DNA of 64,000 nt, taken from positions 11,500-75,499 of the forward strand of contig JADYYE010000107.1 of the NCBI GenBank assembly GCA_020853815.1, written 5' to 3'. Below are positions 36,301-45,259 of this stretch, one piece after another. Numbering within the stretch: the first letter of the stretch is position 1; the number at the start of each line of letters is the position of its first letter. The translations under genes were made by a program, and so were the position numbers. Source of the DNA: Phycisphaerales bacterium. Its GTDB lineage: Bacteria > Planctomycetota > Phycisphaerae > Phycisphaerales > UBA1924. The notes beneath the pieces were generated by a model. The model was not told the origin of the DNA. It was given only the letters and a program-made list of their open reading frames with translations, and did not search any database.

Positions 36301-36668
36301 CTACCAAACTAGTGGCACGAAATCTGATCGGATGTCGGTAGCTCGGCCGACGAAAGAGGAGCCAGACGAAACCGATTGCCGGGAACTGTGAGGGACACGG
36401 CAGCACGAATCGAACGGCACATGGGAGAGAGAAGTTCGGAAGCCGAGCGAGTTTGAGTGGTCCACGAGTTGAGCGAGCTTGAGTGAACTGGTGGGCAGTT
36501 CGTTCGAAGCGGCTCGGCGGGGCAGACGGGTCAGAGGACGTGCCGGGTTGAGTGGGTGGCGTGCGTCGGAGACGCCGCGGTCGGCGAGGGCAACGGACGC
36601 CCGAGCCGGAAAGTGCCAGGGTCGGGCGGGACGCTCGGCTCGGCAGCGCGGTGGTCGGAGAGACGGCG

Positions 36669-37616
36669 ATGGATGGATCGATGACGCCCGTGATCTGCCT
36701 CGGCTCTGGCGAGTATCGCCAGGAGTTTTCCCCCGCGCCCGGGGACGGCGGCCCGTGGTCGCTGCTTCGCGCCCTGGGCGCCTGCCTCCGCGACCTGGCC
36801 CTCGACGCCGGCCGCCTGTGGTCACCCGCCGAATCGGACGAATTGGTCGGGTCGCGCGCCTCGGAAAAGGATTTCGATGTCGTGTGCGCCGAGTGCGGCG
36901 GGCTCTCCGAGTGCGAATGCAACGCGGCGATCAACGCCGAAGCGACGATGACCGCGGGGACGGTCACGGGGTTGGCCGCGCTGGCTCCGGCGGTTCCGGT
37001 CTCGGTTTCCCCGGTGGGAGTTTCGGCCATCGAAGTCGGGGCTTCCGATCCCGATCGCGCGCTACGGATCGCGTCGCGCTTGGGAGTGTTGGTCGCGTGC
37101 GAGCACCAGATGGTGGCCCAGCGTTCGGGCATCTGGCGGGCCCTCTCCGCCCTTCGCCCCGCGGCCTCGGCGTCGCTCCGCCGCGCCATCGAACGCCACT
37201 GGATCGACAGCCGTCCCGCGGATTCAGCAGTACATCAGGCTTTCAGGCCCGGGGCGGCGTTCGCCACCGGCGCGTGTTCGGAATGTTCGCCCACGGAATC
37301 GGGAGATTCCGGGGCGTGGGACTCGTCGGGACGCCGCGGGGCGACCCCGACCACCAAGGACGAGGATGGCCCGGCCAACTCCGGCCCGGGCGGATTCTCT
37401 GGGGAGCGTTGCCATGAATCTCACACCCAAGCAGCTTCGGATCCTGCAGCTCATCCGCGACTGGCGCGTGCGCCGGGGCTATTCCCCGACGATGCAGGAG
37501 CTCGCGGACGAGATCGGCGTCAGCAAGGTCACGGTCTTCGAGCACGTCGAAGCCCTCATCAAGAAGGGCGCCCTCATCCGCGAGCCCAACAAGGCACGCT
37601 CTTTGTCGATCGCTGA
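36669..37616 (+). CDS. hypothetical protein (3' end uncertain, overlaps lexA start by ~200 nt)
   Basis: Strong GC3 bias and a protein-like sequence from MDGSMTPVICLG to about 37230. There is no stop until 37616, so the true end is unknown. No domain recognised. Confidence 0.35.
   Translation: MDGSMTPVICLGSGEYRQEFSPAPGDGGPWSLLRALGACLRDLALDAGRLWSPAESDELVGSRASEKDFDVVCAECGGLSECECNAAINAEATMTAGTVTGLAALAPAVPVSVSPVGVSAIEVGASDPDRALRIASRLGVLVACEHQMVAQRSGIWRALSALRPAASASLRRAIERHWIDSRPADSAVHQAFRPGAAFATGACSECSPTESGDSGAWDSSGRRGATPTTKDEDGPANSGPGGFSGERCHESHTQAASDPAAHPRLARAPGLFPDDAGARGRDRRQQGHGLRARRSPHQEGRPHPRAQQGTLFVDR
37275..37288 (+). promoter_or_regulatory. candidate LexA operator: TGTTC-N4-TGTTC direct repeat
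   Basis: TGTTCggaaTGTTC lies 126 nt upstream of the lexA ATG. It has the GAAC/GTTC-type half-site and N4 spacing but in direct orientation. The palindrome GGAATCgggaGATTCC follows at 37295-37310. Confidence 0.3.
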
Positions 37617-38031
37617 CGGCATCGCCGTCCCCGACGAATCGCGCCCCCTCCGCTTCCCCCTGGTCGGCAAAATCGCCGCCGGCAATCCCATCGAGCGCGT
37701 CCCCGACATGGAAGAGATCGACCTGGTCGACGTGATCGGCTCGGGCACGCGCGGCGATTCCACCTTCGCCCTCAAGGTCGAGGGTGAGTCCATGCGCGAC
37801 GAAGGCATCCTCGACGGCGACTACGTCCTCATCGAGCGCACCCAGGTCGCGCAGAACGGCGACAAGGTCGTCGCCCTCCTGCCCGATGGCTCGACCACCC
37901 TCAAGACCTTCTTCAAGGAGGACGACCACATCCGCCTCCAGCCCGCCAACCCCGCCTTCGACCCCATCCGCGTCAAGTTCTGCCAGGTGCAGGGCATCGT
38001 CAAGGGCGTCGTCCGCCGCTACGGGCGCTGA
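37414..38031 (+). CDS. lexA: LexA repressor
   Basis: N-terminal wHTH (LTPKQLRILQLIRDW..GYSPTMQELADEIGVS), cleavage-site region VGKIAAGNPIE, catalytic Ser (GESM) and Lys (TLKTF). Confidence 0.92.
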   Translation: MNLTPKQLRILQLIRDWRVRRGYSPTMQELADEIGVSKVTVFEHVEALIKKGALIREPNKARSLSIADGIAVPDESRPLRFPLVGKIAAGNPIERVPDMEEIDLVDVIGSGTRGDSTFALKVEGESMRDEGILDGDYVLIERTQVAQNGDKVVALLPDGSTTLKTFFKEDDHIRLQPANPAFDPIRVKFCQVQGIVKGVVRRYGR

Positions 38032-38050
38032 TCGCCCGCCGATCGTGACG

Positions 38051-38072
38051 CCGATGTCGTCATCGACATCGG
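38051..38072 (+). terminator. hairpin downstream of lexA
   Basis: CCGATGTCG-tcat-CGACATCGG is a 9-bp perfect stem, 20 nt after the stop, followed by TGCTCTTG. The U-tract is weak. Confidence 0.45.
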
Positions 38073-38450
38073 TGCTCTTGAGTGGCCCGGAGGTGCCCGC
38101 CGGTCTGTGGCCTCATTTGGTGAAGCGGCCTTCTCTTCATTTGTCCATTTGGCGCTTTGGCCGTTCGACGATCTCCTGCGGCGTGCCACGGACCCATCCT
38201 CGCGTCCGTGCTCTTCCCTTCCTCGTCTCCGGGCGGCGTGGGCTCCGGGTGGCGTGGCCAAGCCCGGCTTTGCGGGCTTGACCACGATCTGGGTGGGTCG
38301 GCGCTCCGCGCCGACATCTTCTCGCTCTACGGCCCTCATCGCGCGACGAGCGATGGAGTAAGGGAAGGCGTCGGCACGGAGCGCCGACCGGCCAAAGGCC
38401 TCCGCGCGTACGCGATCCCGTGCCTTGCAATCACTTCCGGCCCTGATGCC

Positions 38451-39020
38451 TCAGCTCACGCCCTCGGGCGCGCGCCGACGCGGATGGGCCGGATGCCGAT
38501 GCCGCGGCGAATCGTCATGCCCAGGCTCGCGCCCCGCTCGCTCCAAGAGCTCGCGCGCCACCTCGACCATCGGCTCAACCACCAGCATGTTCTCGCGCGC
38601 CGTCGCCGCGGCTTCCGCCGCCTCGGCCCCCATCGCCGCCCGGTCGACGGCCTCTTCCACCGCGACCGCCGCCATCACCTCGTCGTCGCCCACCGCGACT
38701 TCGCCCGCGAAATCGTGATTCAACTCGTGCGCGACGCGATCGGCCGTGCCCATCGACTCGCGCCCGCGCGCCACCGGCGCCGCGTGACGGGCCCGACGCT
38801 CAAACTCCCACGCAGCCAGGGCGACGAACGGCAGCGTGAACAGCCCGATCAGCAGGAGCAACTGGGCCGTCCCAACCGACGCCAGCACGCCCGGACGGAA
38901 CAGGTACCACGCCAGCACAATGCCCGCGACGAACGTCCCCGCCGCCACACATCCCACGGCCAGTTTTCGCGCTCGCCTCAACACAGCCTCCCCACACACA
39001 CCGGCCCAACCCACCAGCAC
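38451..39020 (-). CDS. hypothetical membrane protein (two TM helices)
   Basis: Helices VGCVAAGTFVAGIVLAWYLF and LLLLIGLFTLPFVALAAW, then an acidic Ala-rich tail. The codon pattern looks more protein-like than the overlapping plus-strand shadow frame. Confidence 0.5.
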   Translation of the reverse strand: MLVGWAGVCGEAVLRRARKLAVGCVAAGTFVAGIVLAWYLFRPGVLASVGTAQLLLLIGLFTLPFVALAAWEFERRARHAAPVARGRESMGTADRVAHELNHDFAGEVAVGDDEVMAAVAVEEAVDRAAMGAEAAEAAATARENMLVVEPMVEVARELLERAGREPGHDDSPRHRHPAHPRRRAPEGVS

Positions 39021-39545
39021 GCGTCGCCGGCAATCCGCATCGCACGCTCCGGGAAAACCCCCGGGACGACGCGGCGGACCCTATCCATCGGTCCGAAGCG
39101 CTCAGAGCGATTACACCGGGATTTCCACGATAGCAAAACACCCCAGCGACCAATCGACCGCATCATTCGCGCGGGGGTCGCAAGTTTCGACGACTGTTCG
39201 CTCCATCGCGCGCAAGCTGTTGAGCGTGATGGAATTAGACTTCTGAAGATTTTTCACCGCCCGCTCCGCCGACGATTCAACAGCTTTTCCACAATCCTCG
39301 GTCGGGGTCTCGAGCACCCCCGGTCCGGCCCGCGCATCACCGCCTTGGTGCGCAATTGTGCGGTGATGCGCGCAAACCCCCGTCCGGCATTTGTGGCCGG
39401 GACGCGGCGCGGGTATCGTCCCCACCAGTACGCACGTCCGACCCCGTGGCGGGGTGGCGTGGCGCGGCAAGGCGGGCCTCGCGGACCAGGACTTCGCCAG
39501 GGGAACGGGAACGGGTTGACCCACAGCAAGCGACCATTCAGGACG

Positions 39546-42176
39546 ATGTTGACCCTCGCCCATCCGGCCCGTGGCGGGCACGCGCGGCGGCTGCTCGCGA
39601 TCGCGGGCTTGGCCTGTTTCCTGGCCGCCCCCGCGCTGGCCCAGCCCGTCGAGCCCCCGACCGACGACGATCCCCCGACGCTCGAGAAGCCCAAGGATTC
39701 GCCCGCGAATCCCCTGCCGCAGGACCTGGAGGTTTACGAGGGACGCCCGGTGCGCGCGATCCAGCTGCGCGAGCCGACGGGCCCCAGGGTGAAGGACCCG
39801 GCGGACCAGAAGTTCCGCGAGCCCGAAGCTCAGCTCGACACGCTGGCGCGGGCTCAGCTGCGATCCAAGGTCGGCCAGCCCTTCCGCCCCGGCGCGGTGC
39901 AGGACGACATCACGCGCCTCAATCGCCTCGGGCGCTTCAAGCGCGTCGACGGGCGCGTCGCGCTGCAGGACGACGGGAGCGTCGTCATCACCTACACCCT
40001 CATCCCCCAGCCGGTCGTGCTGGCGGTGCAGTCCGTGGGCAACAAGGAAGTGAGCGACCAGGACATCCTGAAGCGCACCGAGGGGCTGGTGAACACGCCG
40101 GTGGATCGCTACCAGCTCGCCGCCGCCTGCCGCGACATCGAGGACGTGTACCGCCAGAAGGGGTACTACCTGGCGCAGGCGACGGTGGACGAGGAGCAGC
40201 TGGAGGAGTCGGACATCGTGGTCTTCCGCGTGCGCGAGGGCGAGCGCACCCGCGTCACCGACATCCGCTTTGAGGGCAATCTCGCGTTCACGGCCCGCGA
40301 GCTGCGCAGCCAGATCAAGACCAAGACCGCGTTCCCGATCCTGGAAAAAGGCCCGCTCGACGACGAGGTGCTGGACCAGGACGTGGCGTCGCTGGTGGCG
40401 TTCTATCGCGACCGCGGCTATCTCGACGTGCGGGCCGACCGCGTCTATCGCACCAGCCCCAACGGCAAGGAGGCGATCGTCACGTTCATCGTCAGCGAGG
40501 GCCCGCTCTTCACCCTCCGCAATCTCACCGTGATTTACCCCGAGCGCGGGCGCGAGTTCCCCACCATCGAGGAGGCCCGCGCCGACGCCAAGCCCGGCGA
40601 GCAGGTCTTCCCGCTGGGGCCGAACGTCTTCACGGTGTATTCCTACGGCGTGTACTCGCCCGAGCAGGTCTCGGGGCTGATGCTCATCAAGCCCGGCGAC
40701 GTGTACTCCGACGACAAGCTGCGCAAAAGCATGGAATCGCTGCGCCAGGCCTACGGGCAGATGGGGCACACCGACGCGACGGTCGACCGGCGCGAGCTGC
40801 GCGACGTGGAGAAGCCGCTGGTCGACATCCTGCTCATCATCCGCGAGGGCAAGAGCTACAAGACCGGCGAGGTGATCACGCAGGGCAACGACATCACCAA
40901 GCAGTCGGTGATCCTGGGCGAGGTGGAGGTGAAGCCGGGGCGTCCGCTGGACTCAACGGCGATCTTCCACACCAAGCGGCGCCTCCAGCAGCTCCGCATC
41001 TTCGCCAATCCGATGCGCGACAACCCGGTGCCCATCGACGTGGTGCCGCAGGAGCCCGACCCCGACGAGCCCAGCTACCGCGACGTCCTCATCCGCGCCA
41101 CCGAGACGAACACGGGCGAGCTGGCGGCGGGCGTGCTGGTGGGGTCGGACGCGGGGATCACGGGTCGGCTGGCGTTCACGCAGAAGAACTTCGACGTGGC
41201 GGACACGCCCGACACGTTCGAGGAGCTGATCAAGGGCAACGCGTTCCGCGGCGCGGGCCAGACGTTCCAGATCGAGGCGCTGCCGGGCACGCGCTTCGAG
41301 ACGTACCGCATGTCGCTCTCGGACCCGACGCTGCTCGACACCAACTACGCGGGGTCGGGGTCGGTGTTCTACACGTCGCGGGACTACGACGAGTTCGACG
41401 AGGACCGGCTGGGGACGCGGTTTTCGCTGGGGCGGCGGTTCGGCACGCGCTGGCAGGCGACCATGCCGCTGCGCATCGAGAACGTGAACCTGCGCGAGAT
41501 CCAGGAGGACAAGCCGCAGGACGTGTGGGACTACAAGGGCGAGAACCTCATCACGGGCCTCGGGGTGGTGCTGTCGCGGACGACGCTGGACGATCCCTAC
41601 CGCCCGGGCAAGGGCTCGCGGGTGGAGCTGGGGGCCGAGCAGGTGGGGGCGCTGGGCGGCGACTTCACGTTCACCAAGCTGACGGCGGAGCTGACGACGT
41701 ATTTCACGATCAACGAGGATTTCCTGGGGCGGCGGACCGTGCTGAAGCAGCGCACGGCGGCGTCGTACATCCCGCAGGACAAGAGCGACGTGCCGGTGTA
41801 CGAGCGCGTCTACATGGGCGGGCAGTCGTTCCGCGGCTTCAACTACCGGGCCGTCTCGCCGGTGGGCGTGCGGCACGACAACGGGCAGATGGGCGATGAC
41901 GTGGTGGGCGGGACGTACTCGTTCTTCCACGGCTGGGAGATCGACCAGCCGTTCGTTGACGAGACCGTCTCACTGGTCGCGTTCCTCGACACGGGCACGG
42001 TGACATTCGATCCGGGCTTTGACGCGTACCGCGTGTCGGCGGGCTTCGGCGTGCGCCTCTATATCCCCGCCCTGTCGCCACTCCCCCTGGCGTTTGACTT
42101 CGGCTTCCCGCTCATCAGCGAAGAGACCGACCGCGAGCGCGTCTTCACGTTCTCGCTGGACCTGCCGTTCCAGTAG
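39546..42176 (+). CDS. bamA: outer membrane protein assembly factor BamA (POTRA repeats plus Omp85 barrel)
   Basis: Signal RLLAIAGLACFLAAPALAQP. POTRA-like repeats (I.FEGN..F, L...Y...GY). C-terminal barrel ending FTFSLDLPFQ. ATG at 39546; the upstream 463 codons of the ORF are rejected. Confidence 0.9.
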   Translation: MLTLAHPARGGHARRLLAIAGLACFLAAPALAQPVEPPTDDDPPTLEKPKDSPANPLPQDLEVYEGRPVRAIQLREPTGPRVKDPADQKFREPEAQLDTLARAQLRSKVGQPFRPGAVQDDITRLNRLGRFKRVDGRVALQDDGSVVITYTLIPQPVVLAVQSVGNKEVSDQDILKRTEGLVNTPVDRYQLAAACRDIEDVYRQKGYYLAQATVDEEQLEESDIVVFRVREGERTRVTDIRFEGNLAFTARELRSQIKTKTAFPILEKGPLDDEVLDQDVASLVAFYRDRGYLDVRADRVYRTSPNGKEAIVTFIVSEGPLFTLRNLTVIYPERGREFPTIEEARADAKPGEQVFPLGPNVFTVYSYGVYSPEQVSGLMLIKPGDVYSDDKLRKSMESLRQAYGQMGHTDATVDRRELRDVEKPLVDILLIIREGKSYKTGEVITQGNDITKQSVILGEVEVKPGRPLDSTAIFHTKRRLQQLRIFANPMRDNPVPIDVVPQEPDPDEPSYRDVLIRATETNTGELAAGVLVGSDAGITGRLAFTQKNFDVADTPDTFEELIKGNAFRGAGQTFQIEALPGTRFETYRMSLSDPTLLDTNYAGSGSVFYTSRDYDEFDEDRLGTRFSLGRRFGTRWQATMPLRIENVNLREIQEDKPQDVWDYKGENLITGLGVVLSRTTLDDPYRPGKGSRVELGAEQVGALGGDFTFTKLTAELTTYFTINEDFLGRRTVLKQRTAASYIPQDKSDVPVYERVYMGGQSFRGFNYRAVSPVGVRHDNGQMGDDVVGGTYSFFHGWEIDQPFVDETVSLVAFLDTGTVTFDPGFDAYRVSAGFGVRLYIPALSPLPLAFDFGFPLISEETDRERVFTFSLDLPFQ

Positions 42177-42194
42177 GCTCTCGGAGGGCACATC

Positions 42195-43097
42195 ATGAGA
42201 GGCGCGGCCGCCAACGCGGCAAATGAGGTGATCGAGCAGAGTCTGCAGGATGCCGCTCGGCGTGTCGAGAAGGTGTTTGGGGCGGATTTTCTAGCGTTCG
42301 TCGGCCCGATCGACGTCGGAGTGGACGACGTCGTGCGCGATGCGATTGAGCAGATCGATCGTCGGAACCCCGCACGACGGCTGGCCGTGCTCGTTGAGAC
42401 CGAGGGCGGTTACATCGAGACGGTTCAGCGGATCGTGGAAACACTCCGCCATTTCTATTCTCATGTCGAGTTCATTGTTCCAAACTACGCGATGTCAGCC
42501 GGTACGGTGCTGGTTCTGTCTGGCGACGCGATCTACATGGACTACTACTCCATTCTGGGGCCAATTGACCCGCAGGTTCGCAGAAAGGACCAGTTCGTTC
42601 CGGCACTGGGGTATCTGGAGCAGTACAAGCGATTGATTCAGAAGTCCCGCGAGAATACCCTAACTGACGCCGAATTGAGCTTTCTGCTGGAGAAATTTGA
42701 TCCCGCGGAGCTGTACCGGTACGAACATGCAAGGGATTTGTCCGTTTCACTGTTGAAGGAGTGGCTTGCCAAGTACAAATTCAAGGACTGGTGCGTGACG
42801 GAAACAAACCGAACCGCTGTGACGGACCAGATGCGTCTCCTTCGTGCCGAGGAAATCGCCACGGCCTTGAACGACGTCGAACGCTGGCATTCGCACGCTC
42901 GTGGGATTGGAATGGAGGCGTTGAGAACGGGATTGAACCTCAAGATTGAGGATTTGGAACAAGACAAGAAAAGGGCGGAGAGCATCGCCACGTTCTACCA
43001 CCTTTTTATGGACTATTCGGCAAAGCAGGGCGTTGTTGGCGCGGTATATGTCACGGACAAGAGTGGATACAGAGTGTTCTCTCAGCGATCGGGATAA
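42195..43097 (+). CDS. SDH-family (serine dehydrogenase proteinase) ClpP/crotonase-fold serine protease
   Basis: LAVLVETEGGYIE and VPNYAMSAGTVLVLSGDAIYMDYYSILGPIDPQ match PF01972-type Clp-fold proteases. GC content is visibly lower than the flanks. Confidence 0.75.
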   Translation: MRGAAANAANEVIEQSLQDAARRVEKVFGADFLAFVGPIDVGVDDVVRDAIEQIDRRNPARRLAVLVETEGGYIETVQRIVETLRHFYSHVEFIVPNYAMSAGTVLVLSGDAIYMDYYSILGPIDPQVRRKDQFVPALGYLEQYKRLIQKSRENTLTDAELSFLLEKFDPAELYRYEHARDLSVSLLKEWLAKYKFKDWCVTETNRTAVTDQMRLLRAEEIATALNDVERWHSHARGIGMEALRTGLNLKIEDLEQDKKRAESIATFYHLFMDYSAKQGVVGAVYVTDKSGYRVFSQRSG

Positions 43098-43101
43098 GGA
43101 C

Positions 43102-43302
43102 ATGGAGGAGCGCAAGCCAGCCATCGATGAGTTCAAGGGGTTGCACGTCGGCGATCAACAGGCAACCCGAGTCTTAAGGAAGCTCTCCGAACTTCGGAGC
43201 AAGGGTCTCATTCGTGGGACCACGTACTCGCTTGAATCACCCTTTTCTGGCAAGCGAGTGGCGCCGTCGGGCCATCGCGGCCTAACGCTCAGAAAAGTCT
43301 GA
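43102..43302 (+). CDS. small hypothetical protein, possible winged-helix fragment
   Basis: ATG lies 4 nt after the previous stop, in the same low-GC stretch. VLRKLSELRSKGLIRGTTYSLE resembles wHTH recognition/wing segments. Confidence 0.4.
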   Translation: MEERKPAIDEFKGLHVGDQQATRVLRKLSELRSKGLIRGTTYSLESPFSGKRVAPSGHRGLTLRKV

Positions 43303-43431
43303 TCGGCGAAGAACGTCGAATCACGCTCTCGATCCACAAGGGTCGATTGCCGGCCCGCGAACCGCGATCGAACTTGCTGGAGCTGACCATTCAGCTCAGG
43401 AAATCAAATCGGCATCACACGGAGATTCACG

Positions 43432-44088
43432 ATGAAGAACGCATGGATGAACGGCAGGCTGGCGATGGCGGCGGTGCTCGCGCTCGGGCTCGTCGGGGCG
43501 GCGCAGGTTTATGGCTTGACGGGCGGCTTGACGGGCGGCGTGCCGACGACGGCGCGCGTCCAGGCCCCGGCGACGGGCGTGGCGGTGGTCGACGTGGCGA
43601 AGATCATGGTGGGGATGGAGTTGGTGAAGACCGAGTCCGCCAAGCTCAAGGCCGACTTTGAGACCAAGCAGAAGTCGCTGGACGGGATGCGGAAGAAGAT
43701 CGAGGATCTGGTGACGCAGGTGAAGGCGGCGCCGAAGGACTCGGCGGAGAAGCGGGCGCTGGCGTTCGAGCAGATCAAGGCCGAGGCCGAACAGAAAATG
43801 ACGGGTGAGCTGTTCCAGCGCGACCTGAACCTGCGCCAGGGCGATCTCTACAAGCACGCGTACACCGAGATCAAGGCGGCGATCGACCAGGTGGCCAAGC
43901 AGAACGGGTACCAGCTGGTGCTGCGGAACGACGCGGACGTGGAGCTGCCGGCGAACATCAGCGGGCAGGACATGGAGAGCTTCATCGCCAACCAGCGGGT
44001 GTTCTACGCCGACACGAGCGTCGACATCACCGAGCAGGTGGTGCAGCTCCTGAACAACCAGTTCAAGGCGGGCGGGAAGAAGAAGTAA
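43432..44088 (+). CDS. skp: periplasmic chaperone Skp (OmpH)
   Basis: Signal peptide, coiled-coil K/E-rich core and the C-terminal IDQVAKQNGYQLVLRN OmpH signature. Position between bamA and lpxD. Confidence 0.85.
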   Translation: MKNAWMNGRLAMAAVLALGLVGAAQVYGLTGGLTGGVPTTARVQAPATGVAVVDVAKIMVGMELVKTESAKLKADFETKQKSLDGMRKKIEDLVTQVKAAPKDSAEKRALAFEQIKAEAEQKMTGELFQRDLNLRQGDLYKHAYTEIKAAIDQVAKQNGYQLVLRNDADVELPANISGQDMESFIANQRVFYADTSVDITEQVVQLLNNQFKAGGKKK

Positions 44089-44109
44089 GAGGCGCGGGAA
44101 CAAGCGGAA

Positions 44110-44207
44110 GGAACCTCTGAGTCTTTGGCGGCCCGCCACTCCGAGGCGGGCATTCCGGCCCAACGGAGGCGATTCTCACGTCCGAACTCGAACGGTTCAG
44201 AGGTTCC
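44110..44207 (+). mobile_element. 98-bp MITE/REP-like element, copy 2
   Basis: Perfect 11-bp terminal inverted repeats GGAACCTCTGA ... TCAGAGGTTCC. Same length as 25054..25151 and roughly three quarters identical to it. It ends 2 nt before the lpxD ATG. Confidence 0.6.
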
Positions 44208-44209
44208 GA

Positions 44210-45259
44210 ATGCCGAAGAAAGCCGACGGATCGCCGGTGTCGCTGCGCGTGGGCGAGCTCGCGGAGCTGGTCAACGCGGAGGTGGCGGGGTCGCGCGAGG
44301 TCGAGATCACGCACATGGACGTGCTGGACCGGGCCGGGCCCGGGGCGCTGTCGTTCATCCGGTCCAAGCGGTTCGCGCGCCAGTGGCCGACGAGCCGGGC
44401 GTCGGCGGCGCTGGTGACGCGCGGGATTGAGATCGAGCGCCCGGCGGAGAACGCGGGGCGGGCGCTTCTGATCGTGGCGGACGCGGACCTGGCGCTGGTG
44501 CAGGTGCTGGAGCGTTTCGCGCCGGCGCCCGCGGCGAGGGCGGCGGGCGTGCATCCGTCGGCGCACGTGGACCCGACCGCGACGGTCGGCGCGGGGGCGT
44601 CGGTCGGGCCGGGCTGCCTGGTCGAGGCGGGCGCGTCGATCGGCGAGGGCTCGGTGCTGATCCACAACGTGCATGTGGGGCGGGACGCCCGGATCGGCAG
44701 GGCCTGCACGCTGCACAGCAACGTTTGCGTGCTGGACGGCTGCATCGTCGGCGACGGGTGCATCCTGCACTCGTGCGTGGTCGTCGGGACCGACGGCTTC
44801 GGCTATCGCCCCGACCCGCAGGGGCGCGGGGTGGTAAAGATTCCGCACATCGGGAACGTGGAGATCGGCGCGGGCGTGGAGATCGGGGCCAACTCGTGCG
44901 TGGATCGCGCCAAGTTCGGCTCGACCATCATCGGCGCGGGCACGAAGTTCGACAACCTCGTGCATATCGCGCACGGCGTTCGCGTGGGGCGTGGGTGCCT
45001 GTTCGCGGCCCAGGTCGGCATCGCAGGATCGGCGACGATTGGTGACGGGGTGCAGATCGGCGGGCAGGTGGGCGTGGCCGAGGGGCTCTCGGTCGGTCGG
45101 ATGGCGCGCGTGGGCGGGCAGTCGGGGATCATGCGCGACGTGCCGGACGGCGAGACGTGGATGGGCTATCCGGCGGTGCCGATGTGGGAGTTCCTGCGCC
45201 ATTCGCCGGCGCTGAAGCGCCTGATCGAGCGGCGCGAGAGCGGCGGGGAGAAAGCCTGA
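44210..45259 (+). CDS. lpxD: UDP-3-O-acylglucosamine N-acyltransferase LpxD
   Basis: N-terminal uridine-binding domain (ALSFIRSKRF), a long hexapeptide beta-helix and the IAHGVRVGRGC block. Confidence 0.9.
   Translation: MPKKADGSPVSLRVGELAELVNAEVAGSREVEITHMDVLDRAGPGALSFIRSKRFARQWPTSRASAALVTRGIEIERPAENAGRALLIVADADLALVQVLERFAPAPAARAAGVHPSAHVDPTATVGAGASVGPGCLVEAGASIGEGSVLIHNVHVGRDARIGRACTLHSNVCVLDGCIVGDGCILHSCVVVGTDGFGYRPDPQGRGVVKIPHIGNVEIGAGVEIGANSCVDRAKFGSTIIGAGTKFDNLVHIAHGVRVGRGCLFAAQVGIAGSATIGDGVQIGGQVGVAEGLSVGRMARVGGQSGIMRDVPDGETWMGYPAVPMWEFLRHSPALKRLIERRESGGEKA

Noticed and set aside
36479-37417. Alternative frame whose stop overlaps the lexA ATG as ATGA, suggesting a frameshifted upstream gene coupled to lexA.
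   Set aside because: Its translation is Arg/Gly-rich and not protein-like. The frame starting at 36669 looks more like real protein over the same region, and GC3 does not discriminate between them. I left it as an unresolved 3' end rather than claim a frameshift.
39231-39275. Possible third, degenerate copy of the 98-bp inverted-repeat element (GGAATTAGACTTCTGAAGATTTTTCACCGCCCGCTCCGCC).
   Set aside because: Only the left third is loosely similar. It needs an indel in the terminus, and there is no matching right terminus about 98 bp away.
38157-39545. N-terminal 463 codons of the 1339-aa ORF that ends as BamA.
   Set aside because: This part is Arg/Pro/His-rich and not protein-like, and it overlaps a more plausible minus-strand membrane-protein gene. 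A canonical signal peptide follows the ATG at 39546.
42195-43302. Considered a prophage fragment (Clp/S49-type head-maturation protease) or a known defence system.
   Set aside because: There are no portal, capsid, terminase or integrase genes nearby, and I cannot match the two-gene pair to a named defence system from memory. I kept it as an unexplained low-GC insertion.
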